Source of the DNA: Prorocentrum cordatum
Taxonomy: Eukaryota
Direction: 5' to 3'
DNA: 55,186 nucleotides
Assembly (NCBI GenBank): GCA_963575745.1
Contig: CAUYUJ010000179.1
Coordinates: forward strand, 62,001 to 117,186
The notes below the pieces were generated by a model. That model saw nothing but the letters and a program-made list of their open reading frames with translations, was not told the DNA's origin and ran no database searches. Shown here piece by piece: positions 11,020 to 23,511 of the stretch (positions within the stretch are counted from its first letter, which is position 1; every line of letters begins with the position of its first letter). The position numbers and the translations under genes were made by a program.

Positions 11020-11833
11020 GTTGAATACTCATTTCGAGAGAAAATGATTGTTGATCTCTAGAAACGGTTCCGCGCGCTCTCGCCTCGACGCCGGTTGCAG
11101 TTCTTCTGAAAACGAGGCTTCCGCTCGAGCGCGGGCTTGAGTGTAAATGTTCCCCCTGGAGACTCGGCTACAACGACAACGGTTCCCGCTCGATACTTCC
11201 TCACAGTTACCCCGAGACACCCTGGCCAGAGAGGACTCCGAATTCAGGAACGGCGGTCTCGCTCGAGACTGCCTCGCAATTCAATCAAGTTGGCGGAGGC
11301 CCAGCCACGACGACAAGGGCTCCTGCTTGATACTTCCTCACGATTTACTCCAAGAGCCTCTGGCCAGGAAGGCCCCCAAACTCAGGAACGGCGCTCTCGC
11401 TCGAGACTTTCTCGCGATTCAGTCAAAATGGTGGAGGCCCAACCACGACGACAAGGATTCTCGTTCGATACTTCCTCAAGATGTATTCCCAGAGGCCCTG
11501 GCCAGAGAGGCCCCTGAACTCAAAAGTGGCGCTCTCGCTCGAGGCTTTCTCGCAATTTCCGGCGAATTGGTGGAGGCCCAGACACGGCGACAAGGGTTCC
11601 CGTTCGATATTTCTCAATATGTATTCCGAGAGGCCCTGGCCAGAGAGGCCCCCGAACTCAGGAACGGCGCTCTCGCTCGAGAGTACCTCGCACATCAGTC
11701 AGTGGCCGACAAGGAAGATATTCCCCTCCGACGGGGGCTGCGATCGAAAACGAAATGGGCGGGTATCGAGCGTTGGGGTATACAGAATGCAAGACACGCG
11801 TGTCCGTAAAAACGAACAGTCTTAAACTGATTG
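11020..11833. mobile_element. Family C (GTT-tract-associated) element with ~3.5 internal ~138-bp tandem repeats
   Basis: Begins gttgaa-AT-rich-ttgttgatc and ends gaacagtcttaaactgattgtt. The unit cctggccagagagg...ctcgctcgag recurs at ~11220, 11357, 11497 and 11634. Shares blocks with 14078-14700. Confidence 0.6.
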
Positions 11834-11855
11834 TTTTTGTTGTTGTTGCTGTTGT

Positions 11856-11886
<31 letters not shown>

Positions 11887-11890
<4 letters not shown>

Positions 11891-13822
11891 AACATTATTT
11901 ATTCTAAAGAATAATTATTGTTGGGCCCCCTGGTGCGCGCCCCCCCTGCGCCGCCTAGGCCGCAGCTACATTTTCATCATTTTCGTGAGGAAGCCTCAGA
12001 AAAGAGGGTGTGTACAGGATCCGGTTGTTTTGTTGTAATCCGCTTTCCCTTGCAAAAAACAATAGAAAATGACATTTCTTGTTCTAATATAATCAAATTT
12101 CAAGAATCCCTTGCAAAAAATAAGGTAAAGTGGACATTCGCGCGCGCAAGACGAAATCCTTCCAAAAGCTTAGTGTTCGGAGCGATTTTAACATAAAAAC
12201 ATCAAAAAACCAATGGTTTTTCAACAAAAAAATGTCAAAATCTCATCCCGCGCGCTCTTGCGGATTCGTAGGAAACCCAACACTTTTTAAACATTTCTGT
12301 CAAACGGGCTTTTGCGAGCAACTTTTTCGAACTTCTGCGACAACGGTTGCGCACCTGCCAGGGCCATCATCCCTGTCAAATAATACCATGCGGGACACAT
12401 TCGTTTTTTCTTCGCGCGCGCACGCCGAAATCTCCAAAAACCATTGGGCTTCTTAAGAATTTTAGCACCGCGCATCATAAAATCACACGAATCGCACCGT
12501 AGGCAAAAACATGCAAGACTTAAAATTTCTGCGCGCGCTTAACAACTTCTGTGGGTGTGTACTCCACGCCAGTGTAGTAGCCACGGTCGTCCGCAGGCCA
12601 CGAAGTGAAGTGTCCGAACGTCATAGGGCGGGAAGCTGGGTGTGGGTGGTGGCGAAGAGTCGTGTGGATATTTGGTAGAGCTTGCACTGCCCCCCCACAA
12701 AGTGGGGGTATTGGCTGGCGTCGCATGAAAACCCTGGCACTGGTGAGAACACTGAGCGTTCGGGTAAAGTGATTGTTGTTGTTGTTGATGTTGTTGAACA
12801 TTATTAATTCTAAAGAATAATTATTGTTGGGCCCCTGGTGCACGGCCCCCCTGCGCCGCCTAGGCCGCAGCTACATTTTCATCATTTTCGTGAGGAAGCC
12901 TCAGGTAATACGATGTGATCAAGATCCGGTTGTTTTGTTGTAATCCGTTTTCCCTTGCAAAAAACACTATAAAATGACATTTCTTGTTCTAATATAATCA
13001 AATTTCAAGAATCCCTTGCAAAAAATAAGGTAAAGTGGACATTCGCGCGCGCAAGACGAAATCCTTCCAAAAGCTTAGTGTTCGGAGCGATTTTAACATA
13101 AAAACATCAAAAAACCAATGGTTTTTCAACAAAAAAATGTCAAAATCTCATCCCGCGCGCTCTTGCGGATTCGTAGGAAACCCAACACTTTTTAAACATT
13201 TCTGTCAAACGGGCTTTTGCGAGCAACTTTTTCGAACTTCTGCGACAACGGTTGCGCACCTGCCAGGGCCATCATCCCTGTCAAATAATACCATGCGGGA
13301 CACATTCGTTTTTTCTTCGCGCGCGCACGCCGAAATCTCCAAAAACCATTGGGCTTCTTAAGAATTTTAGCACCGCGCATCATAAAATCACACGAATCGC
13401 ACCGTAGGTCCTCGAAAAACACCTGCACGACTTTTCAAAATTTCTACCCGCGCGCGCTGTCCGAATCCTAAAAAAACCAATGGTTTTCCAACATTTATGT
13501 TACATGAGCTCGCGCGAGCTACTTTCGCACGCTCTTCTGTGGGTTAACAAGGCTTAACAACTTCTGTGGGTGTACGAACGTAGGCTTAACAACTTCTGTG
13601 GGTGTGTACTCCACGCCAGTGTAGTAGCCACGGTCGTCCGCAGGCCACGAAGTGAAGTGTCCGAACGTCATAGGGCGGGAAGCTGGGTGTGGGTGGTGGC
13701 GAAGAGTCGTGTGGATATTTGGTAGAGCTTGCACTGCCCCCCCACAAAGTGGGGGTATTGGCTGGCGTCGCATGAAAACCCTGGCACTGGTGAGAACACT
13801 GAGCGTTCGGGTAAAGTGATTG
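11887..13822. repeat. Two near-identical ~905-bp direct repeats separated and flanked by (GTT)n; copy 2 has ~140 extra bp
   Basis: Identical ORFs at 12130 and 13035. Both copies start gttgaacattatt..attctaaagaataattattgttgggccc and end gagcgttcgggtaaagtgattgttg. Confidence 0.95.
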
Positions 13823-14040
13823 TTGTTGTTGTTGTTGTTGTGGTTGTTGTTGTTGTTGTTGTTGTTGCTGTTGTTGATGATGATGTTGTTGCTGCTGTTG
13901 TTGTTGTTGTTGTTGTTGTTGGCGTTGTTGTTGTTGTTGTTGTTGTTGATGCAGTTGTGGTTGTGGTTGTGACTGTGGATGTTGTTGTTGTTGCTGTTGT
14001 TGTTGTTGTTGTTGTTGTTGTTATGATTTTTGGTTGTTGA
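13820..14040. repeat. (GTT)n microsatellite
   Basis: Direct reading. Confidence 0.95.
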
Positions 14041-14077
14041 TGCTGCAGACGAGAGCGAACAGTCTTAAACTGATTGT

Positions 14078-14710
14078 TGGTGAAATTTCATTTGTAAAGA
14101 ACTATGGTTGTTGATCCCCCTGCGGTAACACAAGTCATTTTCAATCGAAATGCCCATTCTAGGGCTCGCTCCTTGTTTTTACGAGGGAAACTCTTGGGTG
14201 TCAGATGGCGCCTCCAGTTTACAACAACAATGGTTCCCGCCTAGTACTTCATGACATTATTGAGACGTCGGGCTTTCGCTAAGAACTTCGCAGTTCATTC
14301 ATACGCCGCGCCCACGACACTCAGCAATCACGCTCTCGCTGTGGACTTCCTCGCGATTTGCTTGGGGATCGAACTATCGCTGGAGACTTCCCCCCTGGCC
14401 GTCTGGGATCGCCCGCCCGACCCGCCCCGTAGAGACCGCCCGCCCGACCCGCCTGTCTGGTTTTGCCGATTGTTTTCCTACTTCAACCCCCTCCTGCTAA
14501 TACCTCTTGTGATTGAGCCATCCTTCTCCCTTTCCGCTGTTCCTTCCATCTTCCTCCCTTCGCGGTTTTAGGGGCTGCGCCAACTACACATGGGAGGTAA
14601 GGAAGATCTATTCCCAGGGGGGGGGGTACGATCATTGACGAAGAGGGCGGGTATTCATTTTGGGATATTCCCCAATCAGAGCTTGCCTCTAAAGGGGTCC
14701 TAGCGGATTC
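14078..14710. mobile_element. Family C element; uninterrupted homologue of the split element at ~45157-50155
   Basis: Blocks gttgatc.ccc, gggctcgc, gggtgtca, gtttacaacaacaa.gg.tccc, ctctcgctgtgga.tt.ct.gcg.ttt and gtctggtt.tg occur in the same order at ~45157-45187, 46776-46898 and 49853-50155. Confidence 0.65.
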
Positions 14711-14747
14711 ATATGGTTAGCTTAGCTGCGCCGCCGATTTTGGCGGC

Positions 14748-15270
14748 CCGCCCGGGTGCCGGGTACCTGGGTGCCCGGGTGCCCAGGTGCCCGGGAGCTG
14801 CGTTGCCGATTTCGGCACGCCCGGGTGCCTGGGTGCCCCATTGCCCTATAGCCCTATCGCCCTATAGCCCTATAGCCCTACAGCCCTATAGCCCTATAGC
14901 CCTCTAGCCCAATAGCCCAATAACCCTACAGTCCTATAGCCCTATAGCCCTATAGCCCTCCAGCCCTCTAGCCCTATAGCCCTATAGCCCTCCAGCCCTC
15001 TAGCCCTCTAGCCCTCTAGCCCTCTAGCCCTCTAGCCCTCTAGCCCTCTAGCCCTCCAGCCTATAGCCCTATAGCCCTATAGCCCAATACCCCGATAGCT
15101 CTATAGCCCAATAGCCCAATAGCCCTATAGCCTCATAGCCCAATAACCCTATAGCCCTATAGCCCTACAGCCCTATAGCCCTATAGCCCTATAGCCCTGG
15201 CCCTACGGGCCAACCGCCCAAAAACCCTATAGCCCGGTAGCCCCATAGCCCTAGAGCTCTATAGCCCCAC
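14748..15270. repeat. 9-bp minisatellites (cccgggtg-like, then ccctatagc)
   Basis: gccctatagccctatagccc.../gccctctagccctcta... repeated dozens of times. Confidence 0.95.
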
Positions 15271-16055
15271 GGCCCCGCGTTTGGGCGACTGCCGCTGGTC
15301 CCGGTACGCTTTGCCTCTGCACGCCTGTTGTGCCATTGCGCCGCACTTGTCGACCCGTGCAGGTCCGGCACTGCCCACTGGGTACGCTCGAGCACCCTCC
15401 GTACACATCCGCTCTGGTCATGATCCCTTCTCGTTTCTCCTCGGTGCCCACGTCGGCCTGGCCCCCCTTCGGCTCCCCCTTCAGGGCTGCCCCCCGTGAG
15501 TCGTGCAGTGCGGCTCACTACGACTGAAACCTGCCCGCTCTGCTGTTGCCGAGCTGGGCCTGGCGCGCGGTCTCTGCTTCCATCTCCAACCGCTTTGCTT
15601 TGCTGACTCCGCCGCGCTGCCGCGCGCGTGCTGCGACGCCAACATTAATAGGCGGGAACTCAATTTTCAAGGGAACCACCCTTCATCTTTCGGGTTGTAA
15701 GGAGTGCGCCAAGGCGCGGTTTCTAACATCCGAGGACGTGCCCAGCGACGGCCCCGCTTTGAAAACGAATCGGCCTCTATTCGTGTGGCCGTTGCGCAGT
15801 CTTTGACTTTTGGTCACAAGAGCAGTCATCATATCAAGCGGTAGTCCCGTGTGGAAAAGGAACCGCCCTCCATCCGTGAAGTCCTTGCACGAGTGTGCAT
15901 TCGTGGCACTATTTTGAGACAGTCCTGGGCGAGAACAACAACTTGCAAAGGATATGCCCTCTATAAGTGTGTTTGCATACACTTATTTATATTTCACACA
16001 TATTTATGTATACATCCATACATACACATATCTATATACATATATATATATACAC

Positions 16056-16091
<36 letters not shown>

Positions 16092-16094
<3 letters not shown>

Positions 16095-17175
16095 CGAAGG
16101 CTTACGGTCGGTGCCGCCGACCCTGAGAACGACGAAGATGAAAACGAGGGGGGGCAGGGGGAGGAAGATGAGTTGGAGGTGGAGAAAGGGCGGTGTAGGT
16201 GGATGAGGGAGGAGGGTGGGGAGAAGGATGTGGAGGAGAAGCAAGATGAGGAGAAGGAGGCAGAGGAGAGCAGAGGGGGGAGGAGGAGGAGCATGATGAG
16301 GAGGAGGAGGAGGAGGAGGAAGAAGAGGAAGAGGAGGAGGCCAGAGGCTTTCTTGGGACGGCCTGGGGCTCTCTTGATCTCCTCTTGCGCCGTCTCGAGG
16401 CACTCTTGGAGGCCTCCTGGGCAATTTGGGGCTCTCCTGGGCTGTCTTGGGGCCGTTTTGGGCCCCCTTGGGAGCCTCTTGTGGCCTCTTGGGGCTTCTT
16501 CGGGGCCTCTTGGGGGCCTCTTGGGGCTGTGAGCTCGAAACGTCCATTCGGGTCCCCCGTCTGGGCACTCTCCTGGAGCCGTCTTGGGGGCCTCTTGGGC
16601 CGTCTTGGGGGGCGATCTTGGGGGCCTCTTGGGCCGTCTTGGCGCGTCGGGAAGCAGAAGAGGCAAGAACGCCAAAATCTTTCAACAACGTATGGGAAAT
16701 CAATGAATTTCGCCTCTTGGGGCTCTCGTGGGAAAGCTCCTGGAGGCCTCTTGGGGCGCTTTGCAGGCTGGGCCGTCTGGAGGCCGTCAAGGCGTCTTGG
16801 ACAGATCGTTCGGCGATTCGGGGTTCTCTTGGACTGCCTTTGGGGCCTCTTGGGGCACTCTTGGTCCGTCTTGGGGCTTTTTTGGGCTCCCGGACTCCCA
16901 GGGGGGCGTCGTATCTGACCCCCCCCCCGGGGATCCCCCCCCCACCCCCCCACCCCCTGGCGCGGAGGGGGGCTTCCCTTCGACTCAATTACGACGTTGC
17001 TCAACTTTGCTTTGGCTGGCGCGCTGAGGAGGTCCCTGGGAAAGGGGAGAGTTTCGACGAGCCCAGGGAAAGGTGGGAGGCAGGGAAAGGGGGCGACAGA
17101 GACGACGACCAACGAATGACGGAAATGACGACTTGAACGGACAAGCCCCTCACACACGCCGACAGGGTCGGCGGA
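16092..17175 (-). mobile_element. Family A element inserted in a TA-rich microsatellite
   Basis: Left: ttgcgaaggcttacggtc plus IR ccgccgaccctg (16114-16125). Right: cacacgccga plus cagggtcggcgga (17163-17175). The TA/TACA-rich host continues on both sides. Confidence 0.8.
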
Positions 17176-17379
17176 TATTTATACATACGCACATATTCTC
17201 CCAATCAGGATTCGCCTTGGAGGCCCTTACTTGTTTGTGAGAAACCAGTGGGTGCCTGACGCGGTCGCGCTGGGGTTCCTCGAGGTTCCCAGGTCTCGTT
17301 TTCTCGCCCTGGGGGTTCCTCTGGGGTCCCAGGGTCTGTTTCCCTGCAAGGGCCTTGGGTTCCCCCTCCTTGTTTCCCT

Positions 17380-17650
17380 ATCAGGGTTCGTCAGGGTCCC
17401 TGGTCTTGTTCTTTGCTTGGGCTCCTCGGGCCTCCGATTCCCTGGTCTTGTTCTCTGCTTTGGTTTCTCGGGTTCTCAGTCTTGTTCCCTGCTCTGATTC
17501 CTCGGTGTTCCTGGTCTTCTTCCTTGCTCCAGTACCTCGGGTTCCCTAGTCTTGTTCTTTGCTTGGGTTCCTTGGGTTCCCGTCTTGTTTCCTGCTGGGG
17601 CTCCTCGGGTTCTACAGTCTTGTTCTTTGCTTGGGTTTCTCGGGTTACCT
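17380..17650. repeat. Degenerate ~30-40-bp minisatellite (tcttgttctttgcttgggtt...)
   Basis: Motif recurs at ~17404, 17446, 17479, 17550, 17583 and 17618. Confidence 0.8.
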
Positions 17651-18049
17651 GGCGTTGCAAAGCGTTGCCAAGCAAAGCCAAGCACTGCGCCCGTGCAATG
17701 GGAACCTTTCCCCTAATTGTGATCGCGCTGGGTTCGTATATCTGATGGCCTTCGGCCCACCCCGCCACTTCTGGATCAGAGGACTCGCGGATGCTGCTCA
17801 GGGTTCCGTGGCCTGGGTTCTGGACCAGAGGACACACGTGGTACCGAAGTGGTATCCATTGAGTCAGATCGATCCTATCAGGCGTAGATCCTTGGAACCT
17901 GGGTTGGGGGTCAGGAGCAATATGCCTTATGTGGTATCCCAGTGGTACCACTTGAGGGATTTCGATCGAAGGAAGAGGAGGAGGAAGAGGAGGCGGAAGA
18001 GGAGGAGGAGGACGGGTGGGGGGAGGATGGGAGAATATACGAGTCTTAG

Positions 18050-18260
18050 CCCCTTAGCGGAGCGGGCTTCGCTAATGGGAGCGAAGCAGCGGGAACTCCG
18101 TTGTGTGAGGCCACTTCGCGGAGGGCCGCTCCGCTAATGGGAGCGAAGCAATCCGAATCCTTCTGTTCGAGGCCAATTGGCGGAGCTTCGCGTCGCTAAT
18201 TGGGGATCAAGCAAACCGAATCTTTTCGCCCGAGGCAAATTAGCGGAGCGCCGCTCGGCA
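18050..18260. repeat. Short ~62-bp tandem repeat (cgctaatgggagcgaagca...gaggcca)
   Basis: Three copies at ~18070, 18132 and 18194. Confidence 0.75.
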
Positions 18261-18524
18261 AAACTGGACGCGACAAAACCTGGGAGCCTCCGGGTCCAAG
18301 CCTTAATCATCTTCAGGAGTGAGTACAGAGGAATTCAGCCAGGGACCCTAGGACTTGCCCACTCCGTGCCTCAGGGCACGGTTGCGGATGTATTATGTTC
18401 AGCGTGCGCGGCGCCAAGGCGAGAGTCCCATATCGAACATGATCGACCCACGAACCCGGAGAGGAATATGGATATGTAAGGCATGGCCACGCTTCCAAGA
18501 CACCTGATTGGGCGACGGGCAAAT

Positions 18525-19252
18525 GCAATGCTGAATGTATCGGTTTTGATGTACCGTGCCGAGGGCTGTGCTGTGCTGCGCCGTGCTGAATTGCGATGTG
18601 CCATGCCACGATTGTGCTCTATAGCTTTGTGGATCGAGTCCTCCTTTGCATCCAAGCTCGAGCTGCCTGGGCACATAGTAACTGCCCCAGAGCTAGTTGA
18701 CACGAGGACATGCCAGGAGGACGCGCCGTGGAACGTCCCAAGGGACGCGCCAGGCGACTTGCCAGGGGACGTGCCATGGGGACGCACTGCGGGACGTGCC
18801 AAGGGGACGCGCTACGGAACGTGCCAATGGACGTGCCGCGGGACGTGCCAGGGGACTCGCCGCGCGACGTGCCGGGGGGACTCGCCACGGGACGCGCCAC
18901 GGAACGTGCCAGGGAACGTGCCAGGTTGCAATGCTAAGTGTATCGATCTTGATGTACCGTGCCGAGGGCTGTGCTGTGCTGCGCCGTGCTGAATTGCGAT
19001 GTGCCATGCCACGATTGTGCTCTATAGCGTTGTGGATCGAGTCCTCATTTACATCCGAGTCCTGACCGAACTGATCTGGATCTTGTGCTCGAGCTGCCTG
19101 GGCACATAGTAACTGCCCCAGAGCTAATTGACACGAGGACATGCCAGGAGAACGCGCCGCAGAACGTCCCAAGGGACGCGCCAGGCGACGTGCCAGGGGA
19201 CGTGCCATGGGGACGCACTGCGGGACATGCCAAGGGGACACGCTACGGAACG
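18525..19252. repeat. Direct duplication (~300-330 bp, period ~400-420) containing a gggacgtgcca 11-mer minisatellite
   Basis: gcaatgct...gatgtaccgtgccgagggctgtgctgtgctgcgccgtgctgaattgcgatg occurs at ~18525 and ~18928. Confidence 0.92.
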
Positions 19253-19259
19253 TTAAAAT

Positions 19260-20375
19260 AGGTGGTCCTTGCTCGGGGCAACCATGTTAGATATCCCCCT
19301 GGATGGCCTGGACACCTGAACAACTTGGTGCCAGCTCGGGAAACCATGTTAGATACACTCCTGAGTAGCCTGGACACGTTTAACCACGTGGCCCTTGCTC
19401 AGAACAATCATGTTAGATACCCCCCTGGGTGGCCTGGATACGTAAAAACACGTGGTTCAAGGTCGGGACAACCATGTTGGATATCCTCCTGGGTGGCCTG
19501 GGCATGTTAAAACATATGGTTCCAGCTAGGGACCACCATGTCAGATACCCCTCTGGGTGGCCTGCACACGTCAAAGCACGCGGTCCAACCCATGTTAGAT
19601 ACACCCTTTGGGCGACCTGGGCACGTGAAAACACGTGGTTCCAGCGCGGGACCACCATTTTAGACACCCTCTGGGTGGCCTCGACAGGTGAAACACGTGG
19701 TTCCAGCTCGGGACCGCCATGTTAGATACCCCCCTGGGTGGCCTGTACACGTGAAAACACGTGGCTCCAGTTCGGGACCACCATTTTAGACACCCCCTGG
19801 GTGGTCTGAACACGTGAAAGCACGTGGTTCCAGCTTGGGACCACCATGTTAGATACCCCACGGGCGGCTTGGACGTTTAAAAGCACGTGGTTCCAGCTCA
19901 GGACCACCATGTTAGATACCCCCCTGGGTGGCGTGGACACGTGAAAACACGCGAGGTTCCAGCGCGGGGCCACCATGTTAGATACACCCTCTGGGCGACC
20001 TGGGCACGTGAAAACACGCGGTTCCAGCGCGGGACCACCATTTTCGACACCCCCTGGGTGGCCTCCACAGGTGAAACACGCGGTTCCAGCGCGGGACCAC
20101 CATTTTCGACACCCCCTGGGTGGCCTCGACAGGTGAAACACGTGGTTCCAGCTCGGGACCAACATGTTAGATACCCCCTGGGTGGCCTGCACACGTGAAA
20201 ACACGTGGCTCCAGCGCGGGACCACCATGCTAGATACCCCCCTGGGTGGTCTGGACACGGGAAAACGTGGTACCAGCTCGGGACCACCATGTTAGATACC
20301 CACCTGGGTGCCCTGGACACGTGAAGCGACGTGGTTCCAGCTCGGGCAGAACATGTTAGATATCCCCCTGTGTGG
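19260..20375. repeat. ~60-64-bp tandem satellite, ~18 diverged copies
   Basis: Unit cacgtggttccagctcgggaccaccatgttagatacccccctgggtggcctggacacgtgaaaa. Confidence 0.95.
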
Positions 20376-23119
20376 CCAAGGAAATCTTCGAAAAACAAGC
20401 GAATTAGTCGAGACATCCTCGAAATTCCTGCGCGCGGGACGCGGCACGCGCGAGACATCCTCGGAATTCTTGCGCGCAGGACGCTTTTCCGCGTCGCGGT
20501 CGGGGCTCCAGATTTGTTTTTTTGTTTTTTTTGTTTTTGAGGATTCTGCTCAAAATGCCCCGCATTTTTTTTACGAAGGGAAGCGGTGGTCTGCGGACCC
20601 CTTTCTGTACCGAGGATCCGAGATGGGAGGCAAACTTTCCTCGAACGGGCACGCGAAAAACGCACTTGCTCAACTGACATTTCACACTTTACTTTCTGTA
20701 ATTTATCGCAGAATCATTCGCCGGCCTTACAGAAATCTGGCCCAGGGGACAGGTTTACCTACTAAAAGAGAACCCTGGGCCGGCGCCCTTTCTGGGGAAA
20801 ATATTGTTCTCCATGCGTGTAGCTGGTGGACCTGGCAAGTTTCAAGATGGAAAACCGTGAGGAAGTCTGAGGCGAAATGCCCTGCCCGCCCTAACGACAC
20901 GTCTGGTGGTGCGACAGGGTGGAGGTGGTTGTGAGGAGGACGGATGGAGGTCACTCCTCTTCTTTCCCGTTTCCCTCCCTCCTCCCCACTCCTTCTCCTC
21001 GTCCCGCTGTCGTCACTCTGCTTCGTCCCTCCCTCCCCCATTTCTCCCTTCTTTCCTTCCTCCGAAGCCGCCGCCCCGTCTCGAGGTTCTGGGCGCGGAT
21101 GCCAGGTAGCCGCGAACCTCGCTCGGGGCAGCTGCCATGCGCGTCGGCCCGCCCCCTTGCGGCGTGCGGGCCCTGCCGCGACGAGCTTCCTCCGGCCGGC
21201 GCCGCTGCCAGCCCAGCCGAGGCCAGAGTGTCGTGCGCCCGCAGGGAGACTTCGGGTCGGCCGTCACCCGCACATGTAGGATGTCGCCGCCCTGGTCCGC
21301 GCTTGCGGCCCTCCTATCCTCGCCATCTTCGTGCCCCTGGTGCCGTGCATGCCCAGACCCAGCCGCCAGGAGTGGCTGGCAGTGCCGACGCCGACGGCTA
21401 TGAGGCGGTGCTGAGGGCGGCGGACCCGACGTTCGTGGCGGGGTGCACGGACCTTTCCGGGTCCGTTGGCGCCGCTCCAACATGGTTTTCTACGTTGTCG
21501 TTCTCGCCGTCTTCGACGCTGCCGCCGTCGACGCCTTCTTGGATTGGACCGCCGAGACCCCAACCATGTCCGATCGTGGACGGCATTGGGGAGGTGCTAG
21601 ACGCTCACGCGGGTGACCCCGTCCCACTTGACGCCCATCGTTGTGTGCCACTTCGAGACCGCGCTGCTGGTCCCGTACGTGCCGATGGGCTTGCTCCTCA
21701 CGCTGTCCCCAGGCGGGGCGGGCCTCCAGCCCATGCGCCGCCTCCACTCCCGACGCGGAGCGTGCCGCCGCAGCCAGCTACGTGGTGCCACCGATGCTGC
21801 TGCTGGCGAGGCGGACGATGAGTTTGCTGGGCTGGCGCGTGCAGCCGCTGTGGCCGCGCGCGACCATGGCCAAGAGCCAGAGTGCTGCCGTGGCTGACGC
21901 AACGTCCGGAGTAAGTGCTGACTCGACTGAGCCTCGCGGTGGTCGCGGCGCGGTGGTGGGCAAGCCCCTCCCCCCAAGCGTCCCCTGCTGGGCCTCGCCG
22001 GGCCCCACCCCGCAGACGTCGCTGGAAAGGGCGACCGAGGCTGCAGCCGATGCCTCGGAGCTCCGGGTGGCCGTCGTCGCAACAGCCCCCGTCTCTCCTG
22101 GCGCTGGCGCTGCTCTGGAGTTTGCGGCCGCCTCTGCATAGCTCCCGGTGGCCGTCGCAGAGCCTGTTCCTGTCGACCACAGCACATTGGATCGTGAGAA
22201 GCGTGATGTCGGATGCCATGGTTGCGTGCTGGAGCTCCTCTCCAGCTGGCCGCCTTGAAGCAAATATGTCGTGGAGTTGAGAATGAGCGTGCAGTGGAAG
22301 TATATTAAGCTACGCCGCGTCCTGGTATGTTTTTTCCTGCGCCTCCTCCACCTCGGCCCCCCTCATTTGATGTGGATGCCGCGCTTGTTGAAATTATTGT
22401 GGCTGCAGCTGGCACCGTGCCGCAATGGCAGCAGCTTTGCTCCTTCTCCCTAGTCCAGCTCGAAGCATTATCATTCCCTCCCTCCGCCTCTTCTCCACAG
22501 TGCCCTTGTACGGCACGCCACGCGAGCATTGTATGCCTTGATCCGTCTGTCGTCGGCTTTGTGAAGGGAGGTGGACTGTGGGTCAGGTCTCGGGGTGCTC
22601 GCGCGGTCCTCTGCACATCCCTGCGCCTCCAGCCTTTAAGCCCGGAGGGGCCGGTGTGGAGGTTGTCGGTCTGTTTCCCAGTCTTCTCCTCCCTTTCGTT
22701 CTTTTCAACTTTTGCGCTCCCCCCCTCCACCCCTCCTCCCGAGTGCTCTGGACGGGCACCGCAAACCATCTGTTGCCACTTGATCGTTTTATTGCCTATT
22801 ACGGAGGGAGGGGATTCATGTGAGCATTGGGAGGGTCTGGACTTTTTGCTTCTGTCCGCCCTGTCGCGGGGGTCCCACCGTACTGTGCTGTGATTGGTTC
22901 TTGGTGCCCGTGCAGGACTAATTTTTCTGGTACCCTGCTAGCTGCAGCGCCGCACTCCGCTGACAGGCCATTGACTTCAACAGCTTTGCAATCCGAAACA
23001 ACTCCCTCCCTCCCTCTCCGCCCTCTTCCCCCTCTCCGTCCCTGTCTGCTCCGTGGCGCAGCCGCTCTCATGCATTTCGGGCCGTCTCAGTCCTGTAGCC
23101 TTCCGCCGAGGGTCGCTCG

Positions 23120-23511
23120 ATGTTGTCTCCGCTGTCAGACCTGGCAGCCCAGAGGCAGCAACTTGTGGGCGGGCAGCACGTGGAGTGTCAGTCGGCAGCC
23201 CAGATCCCTCTCACAGCTAGTTGGCGCGGTTCCCGGTCGAGCGGCAGTTCTCCTCTAGCAGCCATCAAGAATTGCGGAAGCACAGCGCAGTGGACAACGG
23301 TGCTGAGTTTGCTCCGTGATGTGTCACAGTCTCGCGCAGAAGCTGGCGCAGTTCTCTACACTGCTGCGATTGGCGCTTGTGGAAGAGGGAAGGAGTGGCA
23401 GCAGGCTTTGGGCTTGCTGAGCGACTTCCGAAACGCAGAGTTGGAGCTGGACGCAAAAATCTGCAGTGCTGGGATCGGCGCGTGCGAAAAGGTTGGGGAG
23501 TGGCAGCAGGC
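23120..23511 (+). CDS. PPR protein paralogue 2, coding segment 1
   Basis: LSLLRDVSQSRAEAGAVLYTAAIGACGRGKEWQQALGLL aligns with paralogue 1 segment 1. Confidence 0.88.

Noticed and set aside
15300..15960. Unique sequence with short ORFs as a possible gene
   Set aside because: No recognisable domain, consistent frame or clear splice structure; cannot be supported without a search.
16004..17157. Long Pro/Arg/Gly-rich ORFs here and at 4489-5232 and 50250-51304 as transposases
   Set aside because: They arise from stop-poor ggcctcttgg low-complexity cargo, are open on both strands and show no HUH, DDE or RT motifs.
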